The translations under genes and the position numbers were made by a program. The notes under the pieces were generated by a model, which searched no databases, was not told the origin of the DNA, and saw only the letters and a program-made list of their open reading frames with translations. Positions 32,643 through 44,870 of a stretch of DNA of 64,000 nucleotides are shown here, one piece after another. Where the stretch lies: assembly GCA_000004985.1 (NCBI GenBank), contig GG738858.1. One strand, given 5' to 3'. The DNA is from Naegleria gruberi (taxonomy: Eukaryota). Each line of letters begins with the position of its first letter. Positions within the stretch are counted from its first letter, which is position 1.

Positions 32643-33594
32643 TTAAGCAATAATACAACCTCCTCCACTGCTACTTTGCGAACTGGATGACGCTGGTTTA
32701 TACTCATTCAATCCAACAAGAATTGCTGTTTGGAGAACATTTTGTAAATTATCAGCAGTATAGGCAGAGCATTCCAAATAGGCAGCAGCTTTAAGTTCCT
32801 TTGCCAGCTTTTCTCCATCTTCCTTTGTTGTTGGCACTTGTCCTTCCTTTTTGAGTTTACTCAAAGTTTCTTCATCATTTCTCAAATCTGTTTTTAATCC
32901 ACAAATAACAATTGGTGTTTTTGGAACATGTTTCTTAATTTCAGGATACCAAACAGTTTTGACGTTGTCGTAGGAATCTGGAGACACAACTGAAAAACAA
33001 ATTAAAATCACATCTGAATTAGGATAAGATAGAGGTCTCAAATTCTCATAACCCTCTAAAATAATTTTCAATCATCTCAATAAATATTTAAAAAAGTAAA
33101 TTTTTAAAATTACCTTGACCAGCAGTATCCCAAAGAGAAAGAGTCACATATTGTCTTGGTTTATACTCAACACTCGAATCACTATAAATTATTAAAAACT
33201 CTGTCCAGAGAGAGGAAAGGGAGCAAAACTTACTAATTTTCAAAAATTGTAGGAACATATTTGGCTGGAAATTCGCCTTTGGCATATCTAATTAATAAAC
33301 CTATTTAAAATATTCCAATAAATAGTTTCGAATACAATTGTTCATTGTTATTATCATCAATCCAATCAATATAATTACATCATCATTAAATTATCCAACC
33401 TCTTTGAAAACTTACAAGTCTTTCCAACAGCACCATCACCAACAGCAACACATTCTATTCGAAATATTAAACTTTGCCATCACTTTCTAATAAAACTTAC
33501 TGCATCGTTTTTCAGTATCTAGCCACACAAACCAAGGCCGAACAAGCACACATTGTCAACCACACAATGAAAAGAACAATCATCACTTACCCAT
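32643..33594 (-). CDS. Rac/Rho-family small GTPase, multi-exon (CAAX CIIA)
   Basis: Spliced reading ...[70 protein letters not shown]...CIIA; introns 52, 58 and ~117 nt; the first exon is possibly only ATGG (33591..33594), so the N-terminus is uncertain. Confidence 0.75.
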
Positions 33595-34011
33595 TTTTTT
33601 CTTATCGTGTTGTTGTTTAATAGCTTTTGCTTTTATTTAGAAGTATTCGGTTGTTTATTTTCCTAAACGTTTGACAAGCAGGATCCCGTAAGCACATAAA
33701 AGAGTTCTCTCTCAATGATATTTGGCTGATCTACCAAAGCAATCTTTCACTTTGAATTGTCAGTTGTTTAATAGTAATTACTTGCTTGTATGAAGAACAT
33801 GCTTTTGATGATGAAGATAATTGTTGTGTTATTTTGGTACCCACCTGGAAATGTTTTGACTTTGAAAAAAATTGTGTGATCATTAAATTGATATTATTAT
33901 TATTATTTTTGCTTATTGTTGCATTCCAGGAGTTGGTTGTTTTTCATAGTGCGGAATTGATTATTGGAAGAAGAAATAATAACATATATAATTAAATTAA
34001 TAGTAGTAGTA

Positions 34012-34784
34012 ATGAAAAATATAATAGGATCTGAAGCTGAGGAAACGAACGATCCTAAGGATTGTACTCGGAGAAAAAAGTTTAGAAAAAGAACAGCATT
34101 TGCACCTAACAAGTTAGCCTATTTGGCATATACAGCAGGACAGCATGCCAAAAGTAGGAGGTTAGAAATAGGTATGAATTTTAAATAGTATTAATAGTAG
34201 TAATAATTAATTTAATAATAGCAAACCAGTTAAGAAACGAGGAAAATGTAAATAGTGATGAGTATTTATTTGAAAATGTAAATAGTAATGCAGATTTTTT
34301 GGATAATATTTCACAAAATTCGAGTGGAAGCGAATTATCACCACGTTCACCAATTAATTGTGGAAATTCAATATCAAGCACACCAACTTCATCTTTCTTA
34401 CAGGATGATGATGAATTTATAGAAAATTTAGACGTGACAAATCAATCAGGAGAAGAAGGAGAAGAGGAGACACCTGTTTTTATATTCGATATTAAAGGAA
34501 TTAATTCATTGAATCTTGGAATTAATATACCGAATGGAGCAGAAGATTTGATAAGCAATAAGGCCATTTTAAAAAAGGATTATCATTTGGTTCATTTCCT
34601 TCAAAATCTGAAAAAGAGAAGACACAAAGAATGGTTTAGAGCATTTAGAGATTTTACCAATTCGAAACGATCACAAAATCAAGGTGAAACCTCACTCGTT
34701 CTTGCTTCAGATTCAGTAATGGAAGAAAGAATTGATAATCTGATCAAAATGTTCTCAAGACAATTCTCAATTAAAAAAAAATGA
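34012..34784 (+). CDS. Hypothetical acidic S/N-rich protein (2 exons)
   Basis: Exon 1 MKNIIGSEAE...RRLEIG joined across a ~50-nt intron to ANQLRNEENVNSDEYLF...; no family recognised. Confidence 0.45.
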
Positions 34785-34850
34785 AAATTCTTGTCACACT
34801 CATTCAACTAATTCTATCCAATCAAAAATTATCTGTTGTAAATAAATATT

Positions 34851-35662
34851 TTATTGAGATACCACCCCTAGTGATTGTCTCAAAACTGTAGCATACGAAG
34901 CATTTCCTTGAACCATTTCTGGACCTACTTGTTGAAAGAGTTCATCCCTCTTTTCGTCCATACTACTATTAGAAGCACTGTCACTCGAGGAAGATCTTGA
35001 TGAATTTGTTGGTGAGCGAGAATTTTTAGCTCCTCTTTGGTTTGATTTTATGATTTTTGAGATTGGTATCTCAGAAATTGAATTTGTTGGTGAAGTACTA
35101 GTATTTGGAGATTTGACCTGATCATCCTTTTCGTGATTTACTCTGTTTTGAATGGTTGGATGGAAGAATTTGCAATGATAGCCATATTTACATCCCTGCT
35201 TATATGAATAGTGACAGGTACAAAATGTTAAACTATAAGGAATTTCAAATAAAATGTACAAACCTTTCCACTCAAATAAAATGTACAAACTTTAGGTTGG
35301 TAAAATGACACCTCTTCGTCACCATCTTCAAACACTTCACTGTACATACTGATATTTGGTGGAACATATTTTTGTTGATGGTGATGATGATGAGTATTGG
35401 TATTGTGATGATAAGAGTTAGGGGAAGTGAGTTGTTGTTGATTTACAAAATAGGCAGGAGGTTGTGGCATGACTTGACAATAAGGAATCATTGGAGGATT
35501 TGAAATTAATTGTTCTCTTAACAAGATATTATAGTATATCATGAATTCGTTTGGTTGAGGGTGATAGTAAGAGCATTCGATTCCATTCTTACAATATCCA
35601 TTCATAAAATATTTACAAGCAACATTATATTGCTTTGGGTCGATATCATTCATTGGGTTCAT
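34851..35662 (-). CDS. Tandem CCCH zinc-finger protein
   Basis: Two C-x8-C-x5-C-x3-H fingers (CKYFMNGYCKNGIECSYYHP and CTCHYSYKQGCKYGYHCKFFHP) separated by one short intron. Confidence 0.6.
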
Positions 35663-35976
35663 AATGATTGACACACTTGTCTGATTGTGTTGTTTTTGAG
35701 ATGAAGAACCACGAAGATAATATTGATTGGTTTTTTTCAATGTGTGTGAGGAAATTCCCCATATGAATGAATCGCTATCGGCAATACAGTCAATTTGTCG
35801 CCGCAACAATTTTCTTTCATCTCAACCTCACTAATTGACCATTTTGATTGACTCTTCTTCATTTGAATGCAAAGTCAATCTATTAGGTTCTTTTTGACTT
35901 GTTGTATAAACAGGATATTGAGATAAACATTGTTGAAAGGTTCATTCATATCACGAACCGAACGATTCATATTGTT

Positions 35977-36130
35977 GGGAAAATGTAAACACACTCCCAG
36001 AACAAGGATTCTCTTCTTATTTTTCAACTTATTAAGAACACAGTCTGGAAATGGTAATTTTTGAAAGTGTGAAAACGGGACTCGAAAAAAATTGGCGCTA
36101 AATCTCTGATGGAGTGTGTTTACATTTTCT
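35977..36130. repeat. Inverted repeat pair (20/20-nt arms) bounding ~150 bp; MITE-like or hairpin element
   Basis: gggaaaatgtaaacacactccc at 35977-35998 versus its reverse complement ggagtgtgtttacattttct at 36111-36130. Confidence 0.5.
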
Positions 36131-36670
36131 CAGTACATTTATGTATTGTTTGCAATTCTTGAGATGCCTTAGACAAATCGGCTTTTCATCTGATGAGGAA
36201 TTTTTGAAGGAACGAATTAAGGAGGAAATTTATCATTTTTTAAAAATAAGGGAATTGATTACATGTAGATAGCATTCGATGGTGTTGCTTCATTATTTGA
36301 TGGAACTGGACCCGATTTTCCACTAGGTGTTGAAGAAGGCACGTTAAATGTTGTTGAGACAGAATTAGATGGACTGGTTAAATTGGTCGTTGGTACAGGA
36401 GTTGGAGATGTGACAAAGGGTCTATTAGATGGAGGTGATGTTGGAGAGGAATTATTCATGTTATTGTTATTGTAATTTGGAAAATAATTGTTATGATGAG
36501 AATTTGGAATATTTTGTGTTCATTTAAATAGTATTAAGGTTCATTGGAAAGGAATGCTGGTAGCAAAGAACAGTTTGGTTGAATGAGTGTTGTTTGGAAT
36601 AATTGATTTTAATATTTTTATTGATTACGAAAATGATAATCAAAATTTAATAATATCATCTTGAAAAAAA

Positions 36671-37213
36671 ATGACAGGAACAACTGACAGCATGCCACGG
36701 TCAGCTACATCGGGAAGATTTTTAGTGATGATACTTCTTGTTGTTGTTGTTTGTTTGATGACAACACAATCGGCTAACTGTAAAAAAATTGATGTTTTTG
36801 ATGTTCTGGTAAAATATTTGAGGAAACCAGCAAGAAAAGCCAAAACAATGAATGCTGCAAAGGCCACAGACTCTTGTACTCTTCAATGCTCATCCGGTTC
36901 TACTGGACAACATGAATATCAAAAATGTGTAGACTTGTGTAAAGTTCAAATTCCTACAAAGAAAAGAAGCTCTGGAAATACAGAACTTTATGATACTTTG
37001 GCAAGCAAGATTTTGAAATTTAGCCAATTCAAGAAATTGATCGAAGGACCAGAAAATAAGACAAAAGAAGTGTCTGAAAATTGCCAAAAGTGTTTGGATG
37101 TTTGCATCAAAGATAAGAGAGGACCAGCTTGTTATGGACAATGTGGATTGAAATCTTATTGTACATTTGAGGATATCAGTATTGCACCAAATCTCTTAAA
37201 TTTTGTCAATTAA
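36671..37213 (+). CDS. Secreted cysteine-rich small protein with an internal CxxC-D-xC duplication
   Basis: Signal peptide (FLVMILLVVVVCLMTTQSANC); 12 Cys; repeated EYQKCVDLCK / ENCQKCLDVCIK. Confidence 0.5.
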   Translation: MTGTTDSMPRSATSGRFLVMILLVVVVCLMTTQSANCKKIDVFDVLVKYLRKPARKAKTMNAAKATDSCTLQCSSGSTGQHEYQKCVDLCKVQIPTKKRSSGNTELYDTLASKILKFSQFKKLIEGPENKTKEVSENCQKCLDVCIKDKRGPACYGQCGLKSYCTFEDISIAPNLLNFVN

Positions 37214-37507
37214 GTTGATATGTTATTATGACAATTTTGGACAATTCTTTTAAAAGAAAGTTTTTGAGAAGGAATTTCATAATTTCTTTCGATTTAATCT
37301 TTCACATTTTCATCGTTTTCAAAAACAACACAACATTAAATTCTTTAATCTCGATTCATAATCAATTACATTCTCAACAAATTTTGTGCACTCCATAAAT
37401 CGAAAATCAAATAATAGAACTTCTTGATTACAAAAGGAGTTTTAACATTGAACGAATGGTGGATTCTCTCTTAGCGTGCGAACAATTTAAAAAGCAAAAT
37501 CAAAAAA

Positions 37508-39578
37508 ATGTCTAATCAACCTCAACAGGTATCGGATGAGGAGAGTATTGGTGGAGCAGGTGATCAGGAGTTTACACGAACACAATCATCAACACACGCT
37601 GAGAGAGAAAATATTTCGGAAGAGGAAGAAGCTGATTTATCATCAATTCATGAAATTGTTCAACCCCAACAAAAAAGTTTATTCAGGAGATTATTTATAT
37701 TTGCTGATTATCCTATTGCTACATGGTTTATTATAATTAATGAATTATGTGAGAGATTTGCTTTTTATGGATTTAAAACAATCTTGTCATTATATTTAAA
37801 GAAGTATTTGCTTTTTTCTGAGGATAACGCAACTGTAATTGTACACTCATTTGTATTTTTAGCTTATTGTAAGTGTTATTATGAAATGTTAAATATATTG
37901 AAATTATCTTAGTCACTCCATTGATTGGAGGTTTTTTGGCAGATGCTGTTTTAGGAAAATATTGGACTATTGTAATTTTGAGCTGTATGTTAAATGATTA
38001 TTTAAATATTCAAATAATTAATTAATCGAATAGCCATTTATTGTCTTGGACAAATGGTTATCAGTGTAACTGCTATTGATGGGTTGACTGGAACACCACC
38101 TCATTGGTGGGGATGTGTGGTCGGTTTGATTTTGGTTGCAATTGGAACAGGAGGAATTAAATCTTCTGTTAGTACAATGTATGTTTATTGTTCACAAATG
38201 TAAAATATTGATTCAAATATTTGGAATTTTTCATTTATACTCAATCTTTGGTAATATTAGGGGTGGTGATCAATTTAAGGAGAATCAAACCGAATTAATT
38301 GCTTCATTCTTTGCTGTATTCTATTTTAGTATTAATCTTGGATCAACTGTTTCATCATTTGTTTCTCCAATTATTAGAACTAGTTTTGGTTATGCAGTAG
38401 CCTTTGCTGTTCCAGGTAAGTACATACACCCTTTCCTTTCACATCAATACTTCTTTCTTCAACTTCAAAAGCTGTATTATTGGTTATTGCTACCGCCATC
38501 TTTGCCCTTGGTAAGAGATGGTATGTCATAGTTCCTCCAACTGGATTCAAAAACAATCCACTTTTCAAATTTTGCAAAGTATTGGCCACAGCATTCTCAT
38601 TATTATTCAAGAGAGGAAACCAACAACCAATTCAAGACGAATCATCTGAAACTGTACCACTAGATGATGAACCAAAGAATTGGATTGATAGGGCTGTAGT
38701 TAAGCACTCAAAGAAGGATGTCTATGATGCCAAATGTGTTTGGAGTGTATGTGTAATGTTATTGCCAATTATTGTGTTTTGGAGTTTGTTCGATCAACAT
38801 TCGAGTAGATTCGTATTCCAAGCTGAATTGATGGACAGAAAAGTTGGTACATATGAATTTGGAGCTGATCAAATTACCACTTTAAATCCTGTTCTTATTA
38901 TCTTTTTGGTCATTATATTCGATAGAGTAATTTACAAATTCCTCAACAAGTTTGTAAGTATTAAGGAATATTAATTTATATGAAATAACACAAACCCTTT
39001 GAATCCTTCTAGTTCAATTTGACTCCATTGAAGAAGATTTCAATTGGTATGGTAATTGCTACTCTGTCATTTGTTTGTGCTGCTATTGTTGAGACCTTTG
39101 TTAGAATGCGTCCTCATCAAGTTCACGTTGCTTGGCAAATTCCTCAATATGTTTTATTGTCTGTTGGTGAAATTTTGGTTTCTGTTACTGGTAAGTAGTA
39201 GAATTCAAGTTAACATTCTCATCCATTCATTCATGTACATCAGGTATCGAATTTGCCTATTCACAAGCTCCAAAAGAAATGAAATCTCTCATGCAAGCCT
39301 ATTACTTGCTCACTGTTAGTATGGGTAATGTAGTTGTGGTTATCGTTGCATCAATTCCACTTCCTGAAGCTCAATTCAAACAAGTTTATGAATTCTCTTT
39401 CTTTGCCTTCTTGATGATTGTTGCCCTTGTTATTCATTTGATAATGTCTAGAAAATATCACTACAGAAAAATCAAAACTTTCACAGAGAATGGAGATGAA
39501 GTTAAGCCAACCATAGCCTCACCACCATCCAACATATCACTCGATCAACAAGTTGAATTGGATGATAAGGATCTCTAA
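37508..39578 (+). CDS. Proton-dependent oligopeptide transporter (POT/PTR2 family), multi-exon
   Basis: ERFAFYGFKTILSLYL; GGDQFKENQ...FYFSINLGS (PTR2 signature) and multiple TM segments spread over ~7 exons. Confidence 0.75.
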
Positions 39579-40051
39579 AAGAATCTCTTTTACAAATACT
39601 CAACATCATTTCCTCAATATAAATTTGTGCTTAATATATTCTATCACTCAATCTCACACAAATAATAATTGTTGCGTTTGTGGGCATTCATTGATTTTCA
39701 ATCTCGGTTATGATCAAGTGCAAGATTGTTCTATGCTAGGAGTTTATCGCTTTGGTTTTGTCCATCATCAAAAAAATCCACAAAAGTCCGTTCCCTCGGC
39801 CACACCAAAATTCTTCTTCTTGAAAAACCCTCAAATTCTAACAAGTGGTAGTGTTGTTGGTCCTATTCTTCTTCGCCACACAATACTTCACAATTGATTT
39901 TTTATTTCAAATCCTTCGGAGGAGGTAATATTTAGATTAGCGATAAATATTGTGTTGATCATCACGTTCTTCTCCACCCACAAACGTTCAAAATACAATT
40001 ATATTTACAATAGCAGCACAACAACAACAAGAAAATATATTAAATAAGAGG

Positions 40052-42102
40052 ATGGGAAACAGTGCAACAAAACCAGGTTTAATATCTAAAATTGCCACAT
40101 CAACAAGTACCGACTATAATGCTGCTCGGTTGATGATGGCCGAAGAAGATTATGATGATGAAACTGTAGAACCAGGCTTGATGATTGATTGCAAAGATCA
40201 ACTATTGAAATGTGGGCAAATGGTGGATGGACAATATAAAATTGAAAAGCTCATTGGAAAGGGAACATATGCTCAAGTTTATAAGGCAGAAAAGAAGAGT
40301 GGTAATTATGGAGAAAAATCAAATGTAGCAATCAAGTGTTGCTATTCGAGAAATGATCAGGATTGGAAATTAATTACCTCAGAAATTTTAGCAATGAAGA
40401 GCCTTAACCACACCAATGTTCTTGAGTTTTACGAGTATTTTGAAATCAAAAAAGATCAAACAATAGATACACCAACCACTACAGAGGATTGCACCCAAAG
40501 GAATGAACCACTTGTTGGTATTGTTATGGAATATTGCAATAATGGATCGATTGGAGATTTTCTTAAAAGAAACAAGCATGTGAATGCCGATTTTTTAACA
40601 ATGATCGATTGGTTTATACAGTCAGTCAAGGGATTAAGCTATTGTCACAAAATGAATTTGTGTCACAGAGATATCAAACCACAGTAAGTTATTCTTCGCT
40701 TCCAATCAAAAATCTCAATACCAAATACAGTAACATTCTCATACACTTGCCTCCAGACTCAACCAGTCAGGTAATTAAGTTGTGTGATTTTGGGCTTAGC
40801 TCACTTCTTCAAGATAAGAAAGAAAAACTCAATACTTTCTGTGGATCTCCGATCTATGCTGCTCCTGAAATTAATAGACTTTGCTATACTCTTTCTGTTG
40901 ACATTTATAGTTTGGGAATTTCGTTTCTAGAACTCTTCTCTAAAATTGAAAATAAGGAATTTCATAGTAGAATGTACAATAAGAGTAGAGACGTATCAGT
41001 TCTAACAAAAGTAATTTCAAACATACCTTTAAAATGTTTGCAAAAGATAATTACAGCCATGACCCTATTTGAACCCAAGGAAAGAATAACTGGAGAGGAA
41101 CTACTTGCTCATCCAATAATAAGAGCTCTCGAATCTACAATATTAATGTCCAAAGGTCTATATTCTGCAGATAACTTGGAGAATGCCAATGAAGAATATA
41201 TTGAAACAATATGCGAATTATTAGGGTTTTACCATAATGATACTTCAAGATTTGAGGTTCTATTCCAGCAACTTACCCAATTATTTGAGTACAAACCTCG
41301 ATTATTTGTGGATGTTGTTACCAAACAAATTAATCAAATTGGAGACGAATTTCTTTTCACCCAAGGAGTTTCTTTAGAAGCTCAATCATGTATATTATTC
41401 ATTCTAATTTCAGTTGCTATTACTCTTTGCTCACAAGAGACGCCAGTTCCAAAACGTCATTCCAGTTTAATGGACAAAAAATCCTCACTGTATAATGTTT
41501 TTGTAGATAGTTTAACGGTAATTAGTGAACATTCACCTCATATTGGCGAAGATGTTGAGCTATTGAAAACTAACATTCATCTAATTGCGAATATTAAGCA
41601 ATTTATACTCGAGTTTGCAAATATTGCAGGTGAAACTATTCAGACCACTATTCTAAGCTTCCTAATTCAAACACTAATGATGGATACAGCAAATAGATCT
41701 CCAAACAATTCATCCAATAACTCACCAAAAAATAGCTCTCCTACCTCATTATTTACAATTGATGATAAGTCATTTGTTTTCAATTTGATTAGAGAAATGG
41801 TCATTCGATTTGAAGCATGTAAAGAAATTGTAATTTTAAAAAACAAACAAATGCCAACTCCTTCTACCACAACAATGACAAGCGATCACTACGCTGCTAA
41901 CAGAATTTCACATTCATTTGGATCATCAACGACTGAATACCTAGTAGCTCATGAAGAAACAACGACCACAACCACTACAGCATCAATAGTGGATCCGGAT
42001 GAAACAGCAAATGAGATACTATCCTCAGAGGCATCTATTGAACTGAGAGTTGCTTTCCTTCGTGCTATTCACCAACGATTACTATCCAGTCAAACGTGGT
42101 GA
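40052..42102 (+). CDS. Ser/Thr protein kinase with N-terminal myristoylation signal (MGNSATK), 2 exons
   Basis: Kinase subdomains VAIKCC, HRDIKP-HNILI, DFG, GSPIYAAPE; 46-nt intron 40685..40730. Confidence 0.8.
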
Positions 42103-42168
42103 GGGAAATAGGAACTATGTGGAACTTAATAAACACAAGAGATCAATCAGATTTTGTAAAGAAAAAAA

Positions 42169-43149
42169 ATGTCACATCAAACCAACAAGATTAAATTTCC
42201 AAATCAACTCGATAATTTACAGGTACTTTGCGAATTGGTTGGATCATCAAAACCAAAGAAAGTTCAATGTCCGGAAACAAATAATACATTTGTGATGAAA
42301 ATTGGATTTAATGCAGAACATATGCTGAATGAATTTAGAGTAAACTTGTGTTATTCGAGTTTCGGATGCAATATTCCTCAAACAGCCATTTATTTAAATG
42401 ATAAATTGTCAGATCTGACACAGGTTGAGAAGGCACTGAAATCTGACTCCTCCTCACAAGTGACAGTCCTCTCTCAATTTATTGAAAACGCTAAAACATG
42501 GAACGAATTCCAAAAAACAAAATCAAAAGAGGAGTGTAATATCGTCAGAAGAGAAATTAGTCGACATTTTGTTCTTGATTGTTTATTTGCAAATAGAGAT
42601 GTTATTGGAATGGATGATAGCAATATTCTCATTTCTGAAACTGTAGGGCATACTCCCCAATTCATTGCCTATCGAATTGATAATGGTGGAGCACTAAGTT
42701 TTAGAGCTCAGGGAAAGAAGAAAGATGTTGGAGAGTGGCAAGAGTTTGTCTCTGAAATTAATCTCTTCTGTGATGAATCATTTAACAAAAACACAGGGAA
42801 TATGTTCTCTGGATTTGTAAATCAAGATTCCATTCTCCAACAAACTCTCGAAATTATGAGTAATGCAGAGAGATTGATATTTCCATTCCTGGAACCAACT
42901 GATGTTCAAATAGTCCAGCAACGATTGGATTATCTTCAGAATATTCTTGGAATGTTTGCTGTTTCTTCATCAGCTCTCAGTTCCAATACTTTGGGAATTG
43001 TGGATGATCAATTTGATGAGGCAACAGAAGTCAATCAACAACTCGTTGCCTCTCTCATGGAAATGGGATTCTCCAGAGAGCAAAGTGAGATGGCACTCAT
43101 AGCCTCAAACAATAATATTGAAACAGCTCTTTCATTCCTCTTTAATTAA
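42169..43149 (+). CDS. UBA-domain protein with N-terminal atypical-kinase-like region (actin-fragmin-kinase-like?)
   Basis: C-terminal UBA (EATEVNQQLVASLMEMGFSREQSEMALIASNNNIETALSFL); the N-terminal similarity is weak (ANRDVIGMDDSNILI). Confidence 0.5.
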   Translation: MSHQTNKIKFPNQLDNLQVLCELVGSSKPKKVQCPETNNTFVMKIGFNAEHMLNEFRVNLCYSSFGCNIPQTAIYLNDKLSDLTQVEKALKSDSSSQVTVLSQFIENAKTWNEFQKTKSKEECNIVRREISRHFVLDCLFANRDVIGMDDSNILISETVGHTPQFIAYRIDNGGALSFRAQGKKKDVGEWQEFVSEINLFCDESFNKNTGNMFSGFVNQDSILQQTLEIMSNAERLIFPFLEPTDVQIVQQRLDYLQNILGMFAVSSSALSSNTLGIVDDQFDEATEVNQQLVASLMEMGFSREQSEMALIASNNNIETALSFLFN

Positions 43150-43233
43150 ACAAACTCTTGATGGTTCAATAAAATCTGACAACACACACAATTTCTTGTT
43201 TGCGCCATTTTTGTTTTTTAAATTCAAAAAAAA

Positions 43234-44348
43234 ATGAATCTTCTTCTGAGTCGCTTGAAGTTATTGTTGTTCGCTAAGGCAACTTTTGTATTCAACTTGT
43301 TGGGAATTGTTTTTCTCGTCCTTACCTATAAACCTTACTGCTCTGATAATGGTAAGTTATTCGGATCAGATTTAATTTATTTAAAACAATTAAAGCACAA
43401 GGATCATCACTCTTTAAAAAAGTTTGTGTGCCTTGCCCTGAAAATTCTCTCTGCAGTTTCCGTAAAGTGATTGCATGTTCATATGGATACAGCTTTAGAC
43501 CTGAAAATCAAATTTGCATCAAGGATAGCAAGCAATCTCTTGAAGCCCATCAACTCTCTCTTCGTGCTCAAAGATTTATTGAAGAATCAGCCTTCCGATA
43601 TGAATGTATTGGTGATAAGAATGCTTCTTCTATGATTAGTGAAGATGAATTGTTTGAATATTCAATCTCTGAAACAACAGGATCAGAAACCTATTTGAAC
43701 AAATTATTTGATGAAACATTGTCATTGATGATGAAACATTCAAAGGTTTATCAAATTGCAACTGATGGATCCCAAAATTATTATTCATTCAAGTTCCAAA
43801 GTCTTGGTGCTTGTTTGTTGGATACTTATGAATTCACTAGAGAAGCAGATCCTTCCTATAAGAAGAAGGCAACAATTGTTTCAAGAACTAAGGCTGCAAT
43901 CCCTTCAACATCCTCTAATGATGTTGTTCCTTCTGAAAAACTCCAAAGTTTGGAACAAGAAAAGAAGGAATTGAACAATCAACTCAAACAAACCAAATCT
44001 GATATGAACAAATTGGAAAGAGAAAAGATCTTGTTGGACAATCAACTCAAACAAGATAAGTCGGACAAGGAAAAGTTAGCAAAAGAAAAGGCTTCTTTGG
44101 AAGCTCAATTGAATAAGGTTGTTAAGAGTTCAGGAGAAGAATCATCCAAAAAGGCTGAGGAATTAAGATCTGAATTGGAAAAGAAGAAACAAGAATATGA
44201 TGCTTTAATTGAAGAAGAAAGAGCTAAAGCCATCAAGAAACAACAAGCTCTAGAAAATGAAATTAAACAACTCAAAGAGCTCAAGACCAAGTTAGAAGCT
44301 GAAGTTAAAGCAATTAACACTAAGAAAGAATCTGATGATTACTTTTAA
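43234..44348 (+). CDS. Membrane-anchored coiled-coil protein
   Basis: N-terminal hydrophobic segment then heptad-rich K/E repeats (KKELNNQLKQTKSDMNKLEREKILLDNQLKQDKSDKEKLAKEK); probable short intron after the first exon. Confidence 0.45.
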
Positions 44349-44489
44349 AAATTCCTAGGCTGTAATAAATAATTATTATTTACATAATTTCAGGTTTAAT
44401 TAAATCAATCCTGAACAAAATTATTGTACAAATACAATTTAAACTCTAGGGGTATTTAGCTATGTACATGATGATGTGTGATAATAGAA

Positions 44490-44870
44490 TTATTCGTCCT
44501 TCTTTTCTTCTTTCTTTGTTGATTTCTTACCACCACCTCTCTTCTTCTTAGGAGCGTCAGCTGCTTTTTGTCTCTTTTCGTGAGAGTTATTACTTGTTCT
44601 AGATGACTTGGTTGCTTCTCCCTTCTTGTAGTCAATATTGGCTCTTCTTCTTGTACCAGTGACAATATTTGAAGCATCAATTGAACAGGAAATCTTCTTT
44701 TCTGGATCGCTTGGCTTTTTGACCTTCTTTTGTTTCTTCACACCCTTTGTAGTTTTTTCAGTACTTGGTGTTTCTTCTTCAGAAGCACTAGCAGCTTCCT
44801 TTTCTTCTTTCTTATTCTTCTTGGCAGCAGGCATTTTGTTGGTGGTGATCAATCCGATAAACAAACACAA
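44490..44870 (-). CDS. Lysine-rich low-complexity nuclear-type protein
   Basis: 126 aa, KK-rich at both termini; no domain. Confidence 0.35.
   Translation of the reverse strand: MCLFIGLITTNKMPAAKKNKKEEKEAASASEEETPSTEKTTKGVKKQKKVKKPSDPEKKISCSIDASNIVTGTRRRANIDYKKGEATKSSRTSNNSHEKRQKAADAPKKKRGGGKKSTKKEEKKDE

Noticed and set aside
33473-33594. Alternative Rho start using the ATGCAG immediately upstream of the second exon
   Set aside because: Joining ATGCAG to the AATGTG... exon gives the wrong frame (loses [12 protein letters not shown]). Only the 4-nt ATGG exon, or an unidentified micro-exon, restores the frame; the N-terminus is therefore flagged as uncertain
36259-36459. 66-aa S/T/P-rich minus-strand ORF in the long spacer near 36.3 kb
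   Set aside because: It is short, low-complexity and has a poor start context, with no homology. It may be a real mucin-like micro-gene, but the evidence is insufficient to call it
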